Positions 27,845 through 37,375 are shown, counted from the first letter of the stretch. The stretch: 64,000 nucleotides of DNA from Allosphingosinicella sp. (GCA_036386335.1 DASVVY010000021.1:738-64737); one strand, 5' to 3'. Notes: generated from the sequence alone by a model not told the origin. A program made the numbers and translations.

Positions 27845-28723
27845 ATGATCGCGATCCTCCAGCTCCTGCTCGCGCCCGCCGTCACCGCCGCCGCGCCCGC
27901 GACGCCCCTTGCCGATCCGCGCGAAGTGGTCGCGACGGAGCGCGCCTTCGCCCGCTATGCCGCGGAGAAGGGGATCGGCCCCGCCTTCCGCAGCTTCGTC
28001 GCGGAGGACGGCATCGTCTTCGTTCCGGAGCCCGCCCGCGCCAAGCCGCTGTTCGAGAAGGGCGACCCGCCGGGGACGCTCGAATGGTGGCCGGGCTATG
28101 CGGGGATCGCCGTTTCAGGCGACCTCGGCTTCACCACGGGGCCGTTCGTCAGCCGCGCCGGCAACCATCAGCGGCACGGCCATTTCTTCACCATCTGGCG
28201 GCGCCAGGCCGACGGCAGCTGGCGCTGGGTGGTCGACCAGGGGCCGGAGACGCGGGAGCCCTCGCCGCTCGGGCGCGACGCGGCGGTGACGACGCTGGCC
28301 GCAGGGGAGCGGGCGGCGGGCGGTTCCGGCCGGGCCTGGGAGGATCTCCTCAAGATCGAAGCGGGACTGGCGCGGTCCCTCGCCGCGGACGCCCCTGGCG
28401 CACTGGCAGCCGTGCTCGCCGACGACGGCCGGACCCTGCGCGACGGCCCTCAACCCGCCATCGGCCGCGCCGCCTTCAGCGAGAGCCTGCGGGCGGGACC
28501 GGCGAGCATCGAAGCGGTGCACCTCGGCGGCGGCATCTCGGCGGCGGGCGATCTTGCCTACACCTACGGCCGCGCCTCCTGGACGGAGACCGGCTCTCCG
28601 GTGCCCGGCCATTACGTCCGCGTCTGGCAACGCCGCGATGGCGGCTGGAAGCTGATCGTCGACACGATGATCGCCGACCCGCGGCCGCCGAAGCGCAAGC
28701 CGGCGCATGAACCCGCGGGGTAA
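27845..28723 (+). CDS. Secreted tandem DUF4440/NTF2-like protein
   Basis: Two copies of S..GDL..T.G ... YV/FTIW.R..DG.W. Confidence 0.8.
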   Translation: MIAILQLLLAPAVTAAAPATPLADPREVVATERAFARYAAEKGIGPAFRSFVAEDGIVFVPEPARAKPLFEKGDPPGTLEWWPGYAGIAVSGDLGFTTGPFVSRAGNHQRHGHFFTIWRRQADGSWRWVVDQGPETREPSPLGRDAAVTTLAAGERAAGGSGRAWEDLLKIEAGLARSLAADAPGALAAVLADDGRTLRDGPQPAIGRAAFSESLRAGPASIEAVHLGGGISAAGDLAYTYGRASWTETGSPVPGHYVRVWQRRDGGWKLIVDTMIADPRPPKRKPAHEPAG

Positions 28724-28865
28724 GCCCCCCGCTCCGCGGCCGTCCCGGGCGCAGCCCCGCGCCCGGGACGGATGCTGCTGCCAAACCGCGGATTTGCGCG
28801 ACGAAAACCGGCGCGGCCGACGCGCAAAGCCGCTACAAGGCCGTAACGACCAGGACGGACGAGAG

Positions 28866-29963
28866 ATGGACACCTCCCTGCCCCGCCATCCCGCTGTGTT
28901 CCGGCAGGCGGTGAAGCTGACGCTCGGCGTCTGGTTCTTCACCTTCATCCTGTTCCTGATGCCGGTGGTGGTGGCGACCGGGCGCCTCCCCACCTTCGTC
29001 GTCAGCCTCGCCGCGATCTGCATCGCCTTCGGCATCCTCCTCTCGCTGCCGCTCTACTGGGCGGCGGCGCGGCTGCAGACCGCAGCGACATGGCTCAAGG
29101 TTTCCGGGGTGTTCGGCGCCGTCTGCTTCGTGGCGCTGGCCTTTTCCGCCTTCGACGCGCTGCTCGGCGGCGAGATCATCAAGCTGTTCATGAGCGGCCA
29201 CCACATTCCACCCGACATCATCAACCGCACGGTGTCGAACTTCATCAGCTTCTCCTGGCTCTACGGCCTGCTCGGCACGATCTACGTGATCCTCCATACC
29301 CACGCGGCGATGCGCGAGCGCGAGCTGCAGCTGGTCGAGGCGCGCGCCCTCGCCCAGACGGCGCAGCTCACGGCGCTGCGTCTCCAGCTCAACCCGCATT
29401 TCCTGTTCAACACGCTCAACGCCATCTCCTCCCTGATCGTCACCGGCCGCAACCGGCAGGGTGAGGAGATGCTCGGCAAATTATGCGACTTCCTGCGCAC
29501 GGCACTGGTCGCGGACAGCGACGGCACCACCACGCTGGGCGAGGAGCTGGAGACGCTCCAGACCTACCTCGAGATCGAGTCGGTGCGCTTCGGTGATCGG
29601 CTGACGGTCGACTTCGCCTGCCCGCAAGAGCTTGCCGACCTGCCGGTGCCCAACTTCATCCTCCAGCCGCTGGTCGAAAATGCGGTGAAGCATGCGGTCG
29701 CGCCGAGCACGCGGCCGGTGATCATCCGCGTCGCGGCCCGGCGGGAGGGCGGCGAGCTGCTGCTCAGCGTCAGCGACAATGGCGGCACGCCCGCGGCGGG
29801 GAAGACGGGCGGCACCGGCGTCGGCCTCGCCAACACGCGGCGGCGGCTTGAAGTGATTTACGGTCCGCGCGCGCGGCTGGAGGTGATCGCGCACGAGGAG
29901 GGGTTCATGGCCATCATCCGCCTCCCCGCCGCCGAGGCGCCGTCGCTGGGGCTGGTGGCATGA
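28866..29963 (+). CDS. LytS/YehU-type sensor histidine kinase
   Basis: ALRLQLNPHFLFNTLNAI, ILQPLVENAVKH, VSDNG, GTGVGLANTRRRL. Confidence 0.92.
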   Translation: MDTSLPRHPAVFRQAVKLTLGVWFFTFILFLMPVVVATGRLPTFVVSLAAICIAFGILLSLPLYWAAARLQTAATWLKVSGVFGAVCFVALAFSAFDALLGGEIIKLFMSGHHIPPDIINRTVSNFISFSWLYGLLGTIYVILHTHAAMRERELQLVEARALAQTAQLTALRLQLNPHFLFNTLNAISSLIVTGRNRQGEEMLGKLCDFLRTALVADSDGTTTLGEELETLQTYLEIESVRFGDRLTVDFACPQELADLPVPNFILQPLVENAVKHAVAPSTRPVIIRVAARREGGELLLSVSDNGGTPAAGKTGGTGVGLANTRRRLEVIYGPRARLEVIAHEEGFMAIIRLPAAEAPSLGLVA

Positions 29964-30730
29964 CGGTGCTGCGCACCCTTTTGGTCGACGACGAGCCGCT
30001 GGCGCTGGAGCGGCTGCAGGTCTTCTTCGCCGACATCGCGGGCGCGGAAGTGGTCGGCACCGCCCGCAACGGCAAGGAAGCCGCCGACGCGATCGAGCGG
30101 CTGAAGCCGGACCTGGCGCTGCTCGACATCCAGATGCCGGAGCAGAACGGCCTTCGAGTCGCGGCCACCCTGCCGGAGGAGGCGCGGCCGGAGATCGTTT
30201 TCGTCACCGCCTTCGAGCAATATGCCCCCGACGCGTTCGAGGTGGAGGCGGCCGACTATTTGCTGAAGCCGGTGCGCTTCGACCGGCTGTGGCAGGCGGT
30301 CGAGCGGGCGAAACGCCGCAAGGAACTGCGCGCCATGGCCGGACGTGCGGCGGAGCTCGAGGCGAAGGCGGGAACCGCCGCAGTGCCTGCCCACCACGAG
30401 GACGGCCTGTGGGTGCCGACCCGCGCCGGCTCCGTCTTCGTCCCGACCGAGTCGATCGAATGGATCGAGGCGCAGCGCGACTATGTGATGCTGCACACGC
30501 CGACGCGAAGCCACATCCTGCGCATCTCGATGCGCGCGCTCGAGGAGAAGCTCGATCCCGCCCAGCTAATGCGCGTCCACCGCTCCGCTTTCGCGCGGCC
30601 GGCGAACGTCGTGGAGGTTCAGCGGCTCGGCCGGACCATCACCGGCCTCGTGCTTCGCGACGGCGCGGTCGTGCAGGTGGGGCCGAATTACTCGAAAGCC
30701 GTCGCCGAACGGCTGGCCATCCCGGTTTGA
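29960..30730 (+). CDS. LytTR-family response regulator
   Basis: LVDDEPLA, LLDIQMP, FVTAF, YLLKP, RVHRS. Confidence 0.93.
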   Translation: MTVLRTLLVDDEPLALERLQVFFADIAGAEVVGTARNGKEAADAIERLKPDLALLDIQMPEQNGLRVAATLPEEARPEIVFVTAFEQYAPDAFEVEAADYLLKPVRFDRLWQAVERAKRRKELRAMAGRAAELEAKAGTAAVPAHHEDGLWVPTRAGSVFVPTESIEWIEAQRDYVMLHTPTRSHILRISMRALEEKLDPAQLMRVHRSAFARPANVVEVQRLGRTITGLVLRDGAVVQVGPNYSKAVAERLAIPV

Positions 30731-30772
30731 GACGGCCACGGCGCGGAAAAGCGCAAGCCGACGGGGCGGCGT

Positions 30773-30797
30773 GGAACGCAGGCTCATAACCTGAGTT
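30773..30797 (+). promoter_or_regulatory. Possible EcfG-type promoter GGAAC-N16-AGTT
   Basis: Exact -35, one mismatch at -10. Confidence 0.45.
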
Positions 30798-30846
30798 ACA
30801 CGATCAGCCGGCGCACAGGGGCTCCGGCAGTGCCGGGAGCTGGCGC

Positions 30847-31215
30847 ATGGACGGGGCGATGAGGCGCGTGCTGCTGGTCGAGGACGATCCGATCATCCTG
30901 CGCAGCACTGCCGAGACGCTCGCCGGCGGAGGCTTCGAAGTGCTGGAAGCGAGCGGCTACGACGAGGCGCTCGCCTTCCTGGCTTCCGGCCCGCAGCCGT
31001 CCCTGCTCGTCACCGACATCGATCTGGCCGGCGCGCCCGACGGCCTCGCCCTCGCCCGCTCCGCCGCCGCCCGATCGCCGGAGATGCGCATCGTCCTCGT
31101 CTCCGGACAGGTGCGCCCCGCAGGCGGCGAGTATCCGGAAAGGGCGATCTTCTTCACCAAGCCGTACCCGCCCGGCGCGCTCCTCACCATCCTCGAGGAT
31201 GTCGAGGCCTGGTGA
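30847..31215 (+). CDS. Single-domain response regulator
   Basis: LLVEDD, LVTDIDL, LVSG, FTKPY; no output domain. Confidence 0.88.
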   Translation: MDGAMRRVLLVEDDPIILRSTAETLAGGGFEVLEASGYDEALAFLASGPQPSLLVTDIDLAGAPDGLALARSAAARSPEMRIVLVSGQVRPAGGEYPERAIFFTKPYPPGALLTILEDVEAW

Positions 31216-31257
31216 GGCCGCTTTCCAGGCGCGGGCGCCGCGCCTAACGATCGCGCC

Positions 31258-32019
31258 ATGTCGGAGCTTCCCGAGCCAATTCCCGCGGCGACGCTCATCC
31301 TGATGCGCCCCGCCGCGGCCGGGGGAGCGCCCGAGATCCTGATGATCGAGCGCACCGCCGACATGGCCTTTGCGGCGGGCGCGCTCGTCTTCCCCGGCGG
31401 GCGGATCGATCCCGAGGACCATGCGGCCGCGGCGCGCCTGGCGCCGAACCTGCCGGACGCGGCCGCCCGCATCGCCGCGATCCGCGAGACGATCGAGGAA
31501 ACCGGCCTCGCCCCGGCCCTCATACCGGCGCCCGATTCGGCGGGGGCCGCCGCGCTGCGCGAAGGCATGGCGCGGGGCGAGCGATTCGCCCCGCTGCTGG
31601 AGCGGCTCGGCACGGCGCCGGATTTCGACGCGCTCACGCCCTTCGCCCGCTGGTGCCCCAATTTCCGCGAGACTCGGCGCTTCGACACCCTCTTCTACCT
31701 CGCCGAGGCTCCCGAAGACGTCGCTCAGGCGCGGGTGCAGGAGGCGGAAGCGACTCGCTTGTTCTGGGCGAGCGCCGCGGCGATCCTGGCGGAGATCGAC
31801 GCCGGCCGCGCCCACGCCATCTTCCCGACCCGGCGCAACCTGGAGCGGCTCGCCCGCTTCGGCTCGATTGGCGAGGCGCGCGCCGACGCCGCCGCGCACC
31901 CGGTGCGCAAGATCACCCCCTGGGTCGAGGAGCGGGACGGCAGCAAGTTCGTCTGCATCCCCACCGATGCCGGCTACCCGGTGACCGCCGAGCCCCTCGA
32001 AACCGCCCGCCGCCGCTGA
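31258..32019 (+). CDS. NUDIX hydrolase
   Basis: VFPGGRID...AAIRETIEETG; RRFDTLFY; IFPTRRNLERL. Confidence 0.85.
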   Translation: MSELPEPIPAATLILMRPAAAGGAPEILMIERTADMAFAAGALVFPGGRIDPEDHAAAARLAPNLPDAAARIAAIRETIEETGLAPALIPAPDSAGAAALREGMARGERFAPLLERLGTAPDFDALTPFARWCPNFRETRRFDTLFYLAEAPEDVAQARVQEAEATRLFWASAAAILAEIDAGRAHAIFPTRRNLERLARFGSIGEARADAAAHPVRKITPWVEERDGSKFVCIPTDAGYPVTAEPLETARRR

Positions 32020-32057
32020 GGCGCAACCTTGGCGCGGGCGAGGCGTCCTCGCCTCGC

Positions 32058-32783
32058 ATGCCCTATCTGCGGTCGCTCAAGATCCTGATCGTCCTCGTCC
32101 TGCTCGGCTTCGGGGGCCTGCTGCTGTGGGGCTATGGCCGCAACCATCCCGAGGACCTGCCCTGGTCGGAGCTCGACCTCGGCCGGCCGGTCGGCGCGTT
32201 CACCGGACGCAAGCTCGCCGCGCTTCGGGATGAGCCCGGACGGTGCCGCGCCCTCCTCGGCCGCGCGGGGGTCCGCTTCACCGCCCTTCCGCCGCGCACC
32301 GGCGGGCAGTGTGGCTACAAGGATGCCGTCCGCTTTCGGACGGGCGGCGCGGTGCGGATCGGCTATCGGCCGGGCGACCTCGGCACCAGTTGCGCCGTCG
32401 CCGCCGGGCTCGCGCTGTGGGAATGGCATGTCGTCCAACCCGCCGCGCTCGAACAGTTCGGCACGAACGTGGTCGCGGTCGAGCATTTCGGCAGCTACAG
32501 CTGCCGCCGCATCTACGGCCGCTCCGAAGGAGTCTGGAGCGAGCATGCGACCGCCAACGCGGTCGACATCGCCGGCTTCCGCCTGGCCGACGGCCGCCGC
32601 GTTACTGTCGTTGGCAACTGGAAGGACTCGGGCGCGAAGGGTCGAGTCCTCCACCAGGTCCGCGACGGCGCTTGCCGCCTGTTCGCGACGACGCTTTCGC
32701 CGGACTATAACGCCGCCCACCGCGACCATCTCCACCTCGACCAGGCGTCGCGCGGGTCGACGGGATGGCGCGCCTGCCGCTGA
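32058..32783 (+). CDS. Extensin-like C-terminal domain protein
   Basis: HFGSYSCR, SEHATANAVDI, LSPDYNAAHRDHLHLD. Confidence 0.85.
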   Translation: MPYLRSLKILIVLVLLGFGGLLLWGYGRNHPEDLPWSELDLGRPVGAFTGRKLAALRDEPGRCRALLGRAGVRFTALPPRTGGQCGYKDAVRFRTGGAVRIGYRPGDLGTSCAVAAGLALWEWHVVQPAALEQFGTNVVAVEHFGSYSCRRIYGRSEGVWSEHATANAVDIAGFRLADGRRVTVVGNWKDSGAKGRVLHQVRDGACRLFATTLSPDYNAAHRDHLHLDQASRGSTGWRACR

Positions 32784-32890
32784 GGTGGCCAAGTGCGGCA
32801 TGCCTCCGAATCGGTTCGGCCCCACCCATGCGGATGAGGCCGAACGTTGCGCACCCGGCTGGCGCCGGCGCGCGGGCAGATTGGGCCGCC

Positions 32891-33160
32891 TTAACTGAGG
32901 TGGCGGGAAAGGTGCTTGTTCATCTCGAACATCGACGACTTGTCGGAGCCGAACACCTTCTTGAGCTTGTCGTCGGCGAGAATTTCCCGCTTGTTCTCCG
33001 GGTTCTGGAGGTTGTTCTTGCGGATGTGATCCCACACCTTGCTGACCACCTCGCTGCGCGGCAGCGGGTCCGGACCGGTGATCGCCGCCAGGTCCGCCGA
33101 CGGCGTGACCGGCCGTGCCAGTCCGCCCCGAGCTCCGCCGCCTGAAGTACCCTTAGCCAT
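32891..33160 (-). CDS. SWIB/MDM2-domain protein
   Basis: PSADLAAITG..PLPRSEVVSKVWDHIRKNNLQNPENKREILADDKL. Confidence 0.93.
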   Translation of the reverse strand: MAKGTSGGGARGGLARPVTPSADLAAITGPDPLPRSEVVSKVWDHIRKNNLQNPENKREILADDKLKKVFGSDKSSMFEMNKHLSRHLS

Positions 33161-33202
33161 GGAAATACCCTCCCTGTCGAATCTGAGTGCTGATAAGCCT
33201 CA

Positions 33203-33228
33203 AACGCCCGGCGAGCGCAAGGGCTTCC
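33203..33228 (-). promoter_or_regulatory. Possible EcfG-type promoter GGAAG-N17-CGTT
   Basis: One mismatch at -35; 43 nt upstream of the SWIB ATG. Confidence 0.5.
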
Positions 33229-33285
33229 TCAGAGGAAATCGCGCTGCCGCCCGCTTTGACCCGTCCACCGCGAAAATGATGTGGA

Positions 33286-34110
33286 TCAAGTTGCGCGGTC
33301 GCGGCCGAACGGCACGATCTTGTTCGCCGCATCGTGGCCGATGTCCGCTCGCCCGAGATAGGCGATGCCGGACCGCAGGCACCAGTAGCGGACGACCTCC
33401 TCCTCCGTCTCGCCGAAGTCGGGATCGTTCTCCGGCACCTCGCTGCACCGGCCGAGGCGGATTCCCGCCACCTCCCGGACCGCCGGGTTGCCGCTGATGT
33501 GGAACATCGCCCGGTCGGTCCGGTACATATGCTCGGAAACGTCCTCGATCATCAGCAGGTGCCCGGCGAGGTCGGGCTGCAATGGCGTCCCGAGCAATTG
33601 GCTGAAGACGGTGATGTTGAAGGCGAGGGCCGGTTCCTCCCCTAAATTCGGCTCCAGCGCGTCGGCAGCGCTGCGCGTGAGCCACTCCAGCGCGCGGCGG
33701 ACCGCGTCCCCGCCGCCGTCGCGCCGGATGTCCTGTGGCATCGGCCCATGGGCAACCTGCGCAAGGCCGGCGCGGTAGAGGCCGGCGAGCATGAAGCCGG
33801 CGTCGCTGTATCCGAGATATGCCTTGTCGCGCGCCGCCGGGCCGAGCCGCGCCAGCACTTCCTCGGCGATGCGGCACGATCCGTAGCCGCCGCGGGCGAA
33901 CCAGACGGCGTCGACGGCAGGATCGTTGGCGACCTCGACGAAAGCGTCGGCCCGCAGCCGGTCCTCCCCCGCGAAATGACGGTGGGTCACGAAGCATTGC
34001 GGGTGGAAGACGAGCTCGGCGTCGGGGAAGTCCAGCGCAGCGAGCGCCGTCACGCAATCGGCGGTCTCGGCGAGGATCGGCGTGCTCGGGGCGACGATTC
34101 CGATCCGCAA
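33286..34110 (-). CDS. LD-carboxypeptidase (S66)
   Basis: RGGYGS, GYSDAG, IEDVSE, IGH catalytic motifs. Confidence 0.9.
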   Translation of the reverse strand: MRIGIVAPSTPILAETADCVTALAALDFPDAELVFHPQCFVTHRHFAGEDRLRADAFVEVANDPAVDAVWFARGGYGSCRIAEEVLARLGPAARDKAYLGYSDAGFMLAGLYRAGLAQVAHGPMPQDIRRDGGGDAVRRALEWLTRSAADALEPNLGEEPALAFNITVFSQLLGTPLQPDLAGHLLMIEDVSEHMYRTDRAMFHISGNPAVREVAGIRLGRCSEVPENDPDFGETEEEVVRYWCLRSGIAYLGRADIGHDAANKIVPFGRDRAT

Positions 34111-34162
34111 TCCACTGCTCCTACGGTTTGAAATGGCCGCGCGACCTCAATAGGGCGGCGCG

Positions 34163-35554
34163 ATGGCCCACACCAAATCCTATTTCTTCTGCGGCATCGG
34201 CGGGAGCGGCATGCTCCCGCTCGCCACGATCGTGCGGGCGCAGGGCGCTGAGGTCGCGGGCTCCGACCGCTCGCTCGACCAGGGCCGCCTCGGCGACAAA
34301 TTCGCCTTCCTCGAGCGCCAGGGGATCGTCCTCTACAAACAGGACGGGAGCGGCATCCGGGACGCCCGGCAGATCCTCGTCACCTCCGCCGCCGTCGAGG
34401 AGACGATTCCCGACGTCCAGGCCGCACGGCGGCTGGGCCTGGCCCACCTGACGCGGCCGCAGCTTCTCGCCCAGCTGTTCAACGAGGCGGAGCTGAGCAT
34501 CGCGGTCGGCGGGACCAGCGGCAAATCGACAGTCACCGGCATGATCGCCTGGATCCTGCGGGAGACGGGGCGGGACCCGACGGTGATGAACGGCGCGGTG
34601 ATGAAGAATTTCGCAACCGAACACGCTCCCTTCGCGAGCGCGCTGGTCGGCCGCGGCGGCGCGTTCGTCAGCGAAGTGGACGAAAGTGACGGATCGATCG
34701 CCCTCTACCGGCCCAGGATCGCGGTGCTCAACAATGTGAGCCTCGACCACAAGAGCATGGACGAGCTGCGTAGCCTCTTCCGCGACTTCCTCGGCAGGGC
34801 CGGCACCGCAATCGTCAACCTCGACGACCCGGAGACGGCGGAGATCGGCCAGGCGGCGCACAGCGGCCGCCTGGTCACGTTCAGCCTCCTGCGCGACGAC
34901 GCGGACCTGCTCGGCCGCGACATCGCCGAGGAGCCGCTCGCCGTCCGTTTCACCGTCGTCGCGGACGGCGAGAGGGCCGAGGTCCGCTTACAGGTCCCCG
35001 GGCGCCACAACGCTGCCAACGCGCTCTCGGCGATCGCCGCCGCCCGCGCCGCCGGACTGGGCCTGCGAGAGGCGGCCGATGCCCTGGCGGGCTTTACCGG
35101 TCTCCGCCGGCGGTTCGAGGTGGTCGGCACCCGGGGTGGCATCACCGTCATCGACGATTTCGGCCACAACCCCGACAAGATCGCGGCGACGCTCAGGACG
35201 CTCCACGCCTTCCCCGGCCGCCTCCTCGTCCTCTTCCAGCCGCACGGCTACGGCCCCCTCAGGACCATGCAGGACGAGCTAGTGGCATGCTTCCGGGACA
35301 ATCTGGCGCCCGAGGACGTCCTGATCCTCCCGGACCCGGCCTATTTCGGCGGGACGGTCGAACGGGCGGTGACCAGCGCCGACATCGTGGACGCGGTCCG
35401 CGCTTCGTGCCGCACCGCGGAGCACATCGCGGATCGCGCCGAGGCGGGCCGGCGACTCGCGGCGCTCGCGCAGCCGGGGGACCGGATCGTGATCATGGGC
35501 GCGCGGGACGATACGCTGAGCGACTTCGCCCGTTCGGTCCTCGAAAGCCTCTGA
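34163..35554 (+). CDS. MurC/Mpl-like Mur ligase
   Basis: GIGGSGM, GGTSGKST, EVDESDG, LDH, HNAANA, DDFGHNP, FQPH. Confidence 0.85.
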   Translation: MAHTKSYFFCGIGGSGMLPLATIVRAQGAEVAGSDRSLDQGRLGDKFAFLERQGIVLYKQDGSGIRDARQILVTSAAVEETIPDVQAARRLGLAHLTRPQLLAQLFNEAELSIAVGGTSGKSTVTGMIAWILRETGRDPTVMNGAVMKNFATEHAPFASALVGRGGAFVSEVDESDGSIALYRPRIAVLNNVSLDHKSMDELRSLFRDFLGRAGTAIVNLDDPETAEIGQAAHSGRLVTFSLLRDDADLLGRDIAEEPLAVRFTVVADGERAEVRLQVPGRHNAANALSAIAAARAAGLGLREAADALAGFTGLRRRFEVVGTRGGITVIDDFGHNPDKIAATLRTLHAFPGRLLVLFQPHGYGPLRTMQDELVACFRDNLAPEDVLILPDPAYFGGTVERAVTSADIVDAVRASCRTAEHIADRAEAGRRLAALAQPGDRIVIMGARDDTLSDFARSVLESL

Positions 35555-35564
35555 AGCAAACGAA

Positions 35565-35590
35565 AACGGCGGACCCGAAGGCCCGCCGTT
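35565..35590. terminator. Hairpin terminator between convergent genes
   Basis: AACGGCGG...CCGCCGTT with an A-tract on the left. Confidence 0.6.
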
Positions 35591-35613
35591 CCGTGTTCGC
35601 GTTGGGGTGCGTG

Positions 35614-36162
35614 TCAGCCGGCGACGGTGACGTCGACCTTCTCGACCCACTCGGGGAAGAAGACCGGCTCCCGGTTCGACCAGCCCGGCGCCGTGGCGGC
35701 GGCTTCGCTGATCGACTGGAGGAGCGTGCGGCGCTTCTCGGGATGGAGGTGCGGTAGCGCGGCGGCGGCGCAGAAGGCGCCGGGCAGCCACGGCCGCACC
35801 GAAGCGCCGATCAGCCGCTCGTAGAGGAAGCGGTAGGAGGCGAAGTCGGGAAGCCGGCCCTGCCCCAGGTCGAAGGCGCTGATCGTGACCAGCGGGCCCA
35901 TCAGCGGCTCCATCGCGTCGAGGCCCGAATCGTCGGGAACGTTGGCGCGGATGTGATCGAGGCGCTGGTAGATGCGGTCCTGGGCGCGGATGCTCGCCGC
36001 CTCGGCGACGTCGCGCGACCAGCGGCGGAGCGCATCGCGCCGGTGAAGGCCGACGTCGAGCGAGCGGCGGATGTAGCGCTGCGTCGCCGCCGCGAAACCT
36101 GCAAATTCCTTCATCTCTACCAGCGTCAGGGCGCCGTCGGCTGGCTTTGTGTTGGTCGCCAT
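35614..36162 (-). CDS. Conserved hypothetical cytoplasmic protein
   Basis: Well-formed globular sequence, GGAG RBS, GC3-rich. Confidence 0.75.
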   Translation of the reverse strand: MATNTKPADGALTLVEMKEFAGFAAATQRYIRRSLDVGLHRRDALRRWSRDVAEAASIRAQDRIYQRLDHIRANVPDDSGLDAMEPLMGPLVTISAFDLGQGRLPDFASYRFLYERLIGASVRPWLPGAFCAAAALPHLHPEKRRTLLQSISEAAATAPGWSNREPVFFPEWVEKVDVTVAG

Positions 36163-36210
36163 GATCCCCACACTCCTCTTACCCCGGCGGAGATCATGCC
36201 CATGAAACGG

Positions 36211-36227
36211 TTACGGACCGCTTAACC
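36211..36227. promoter_or_regulatory. CtrA-like box TTAC-N7-TTAACC with nearby GANTC sites (36253, 36265)
   Basis: Direct sequence match upstream of the 35614-36162 gene. Confidence 0.6.
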
Positions 36228-36429
36228 AAATCCCCGCTCCCCATTCAGAAATGAATCAGAAGTCGAATCCACCCGCAACGGAAATCGGGCGGGGCGGAAA
36301 ACAGGCGGCGCGCCACTGTCGCATCCGGGACACAGGGCCGGAGCAGGAATGGCGGAAAAGCTAGATTTTTTCGGTGGCGCACCGACTTTTCCACATTTTT
36401 CTTGCGCAGGGGCTTGTGCGGCCGAATCG

Positions 36430-37284
36430 TCAGTCGGTGCGAGTCACGTCGCGGGCGAACGCGGCGACGTCGACGAGAACCGGCGCCTTGCGGCGGAACG
36501 GGCGGGCGAACGCGGTCAGCAGGCCGACATGCCCGAGCTTCGGGTAAACCCGAGTCCGCACCGCCACCCCCTGTTCCGACAGCAGCATCGCGAGCTTGAC
36601 GCTGTTCGCCGGCAGGACGAGCTCGTCGGCCCCGCCCGCGGCGAGCAGCGCCGGGGGATCGTCGGGCGACGCGAAGTTGATCGGCTGTGTCGCGGGGAGA
36701 TCCGGCGCCTGCGCGAACGCCGCCTCGGTCACCGCGTGGTCGAGCGGCAGGAAATCATACGGCCCGGCGAGGCCGGCGAAGCCCTTCACCGCCGCACGGT
36801 CGGCACCGAGCCATTGCGGGTCCAGGCTCAGCATCGCGGCGTTGTAGGCCCCGGCCGAATGACCGACGAGGACGATCCGATCCGGATCGCCGCCGAGCTC
36901 CACCGCGTGCCCGCGCAGCCAGTGGACGGCGGCGGCATTGTCCTCGAGGAAGCCCGGGAACCGCACCTCCGGCACCAGCCGGTAATCGGGCACCGCGACT
37001 AGGAAGCCCTGCACGGCGAGCGCCCGCGCGGCAAAGGCGTAGCCGTCCTTGCTGCCGGAATTCCACGAGCCGCCATACAGCCAGACGATGATCGGCAGCC
37101 GCGCCCCCGCGGCGGTGCCGCGCGGCGCATAGACGTCCAGCTTGCCGCGTCTGCCCGGCGCATAGCGCAGGTCGCGGGCCAGAAGCAGCGAGCCTTTGTC
37201 CTTCGCCACCACCGCGTCGAAGGCGGAGAGCGCCGAGCAGCCGGACATGAGCAGCGACAAGGGAAGAAGCCAACGCAGCGACAT
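36430..37284 (-). CDS. Alpha/beta hydrolase (esterase) lipoprotein
   Basis: Lipobox MSGC; YGGSW, PDYRL, GHSAG nucleophile elbow, catalytic D and H. Confidence 0.88.
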   Translation of the reverse strand: MSLRWLLPLSLLMSGCSALSAFDAVVAKDKGSLLLARDLRYAPGRRGKLDVYAPRGTAAGARLPIIVWLYGGSWNSGSKDGYAFAARALAVQGFLVAVPDYRLVPEVRFPGFLEDNAAAVHWLRGHAVELGGDPDRIVLVGHSAGAYNAAMLSLDPQWLGADRAAVKGFAGLAGPYDFLPLDHAVTEAAFAQAPDLPATQPINFASPDDPPALLAAGGADELVLPANSVKLAMLLSEQGVAVRTRVYPKLGHVGLLTAFARPFRRKAPVLVDVAAFARDVTRTD

Positions 37285-37317
37285 AGGCCGGCCTATAGCC
37301 GCGGCGGGATGAACGGT

Positions 37318-37343
37318 GGAAGCATTTGCCCGCCTGCCGCGTT
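37318..37343 (+). promoter_or_regulatory. Possible EcfG-type promoter GGAAG-N17-CGTT
   Basis: 32 nt upstream of the small ORF ATG. Confidence 0.5.
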
Positions 37344-37375
37344 GCCCCACGTGAACCAGCACGAGGAGCTTATCG

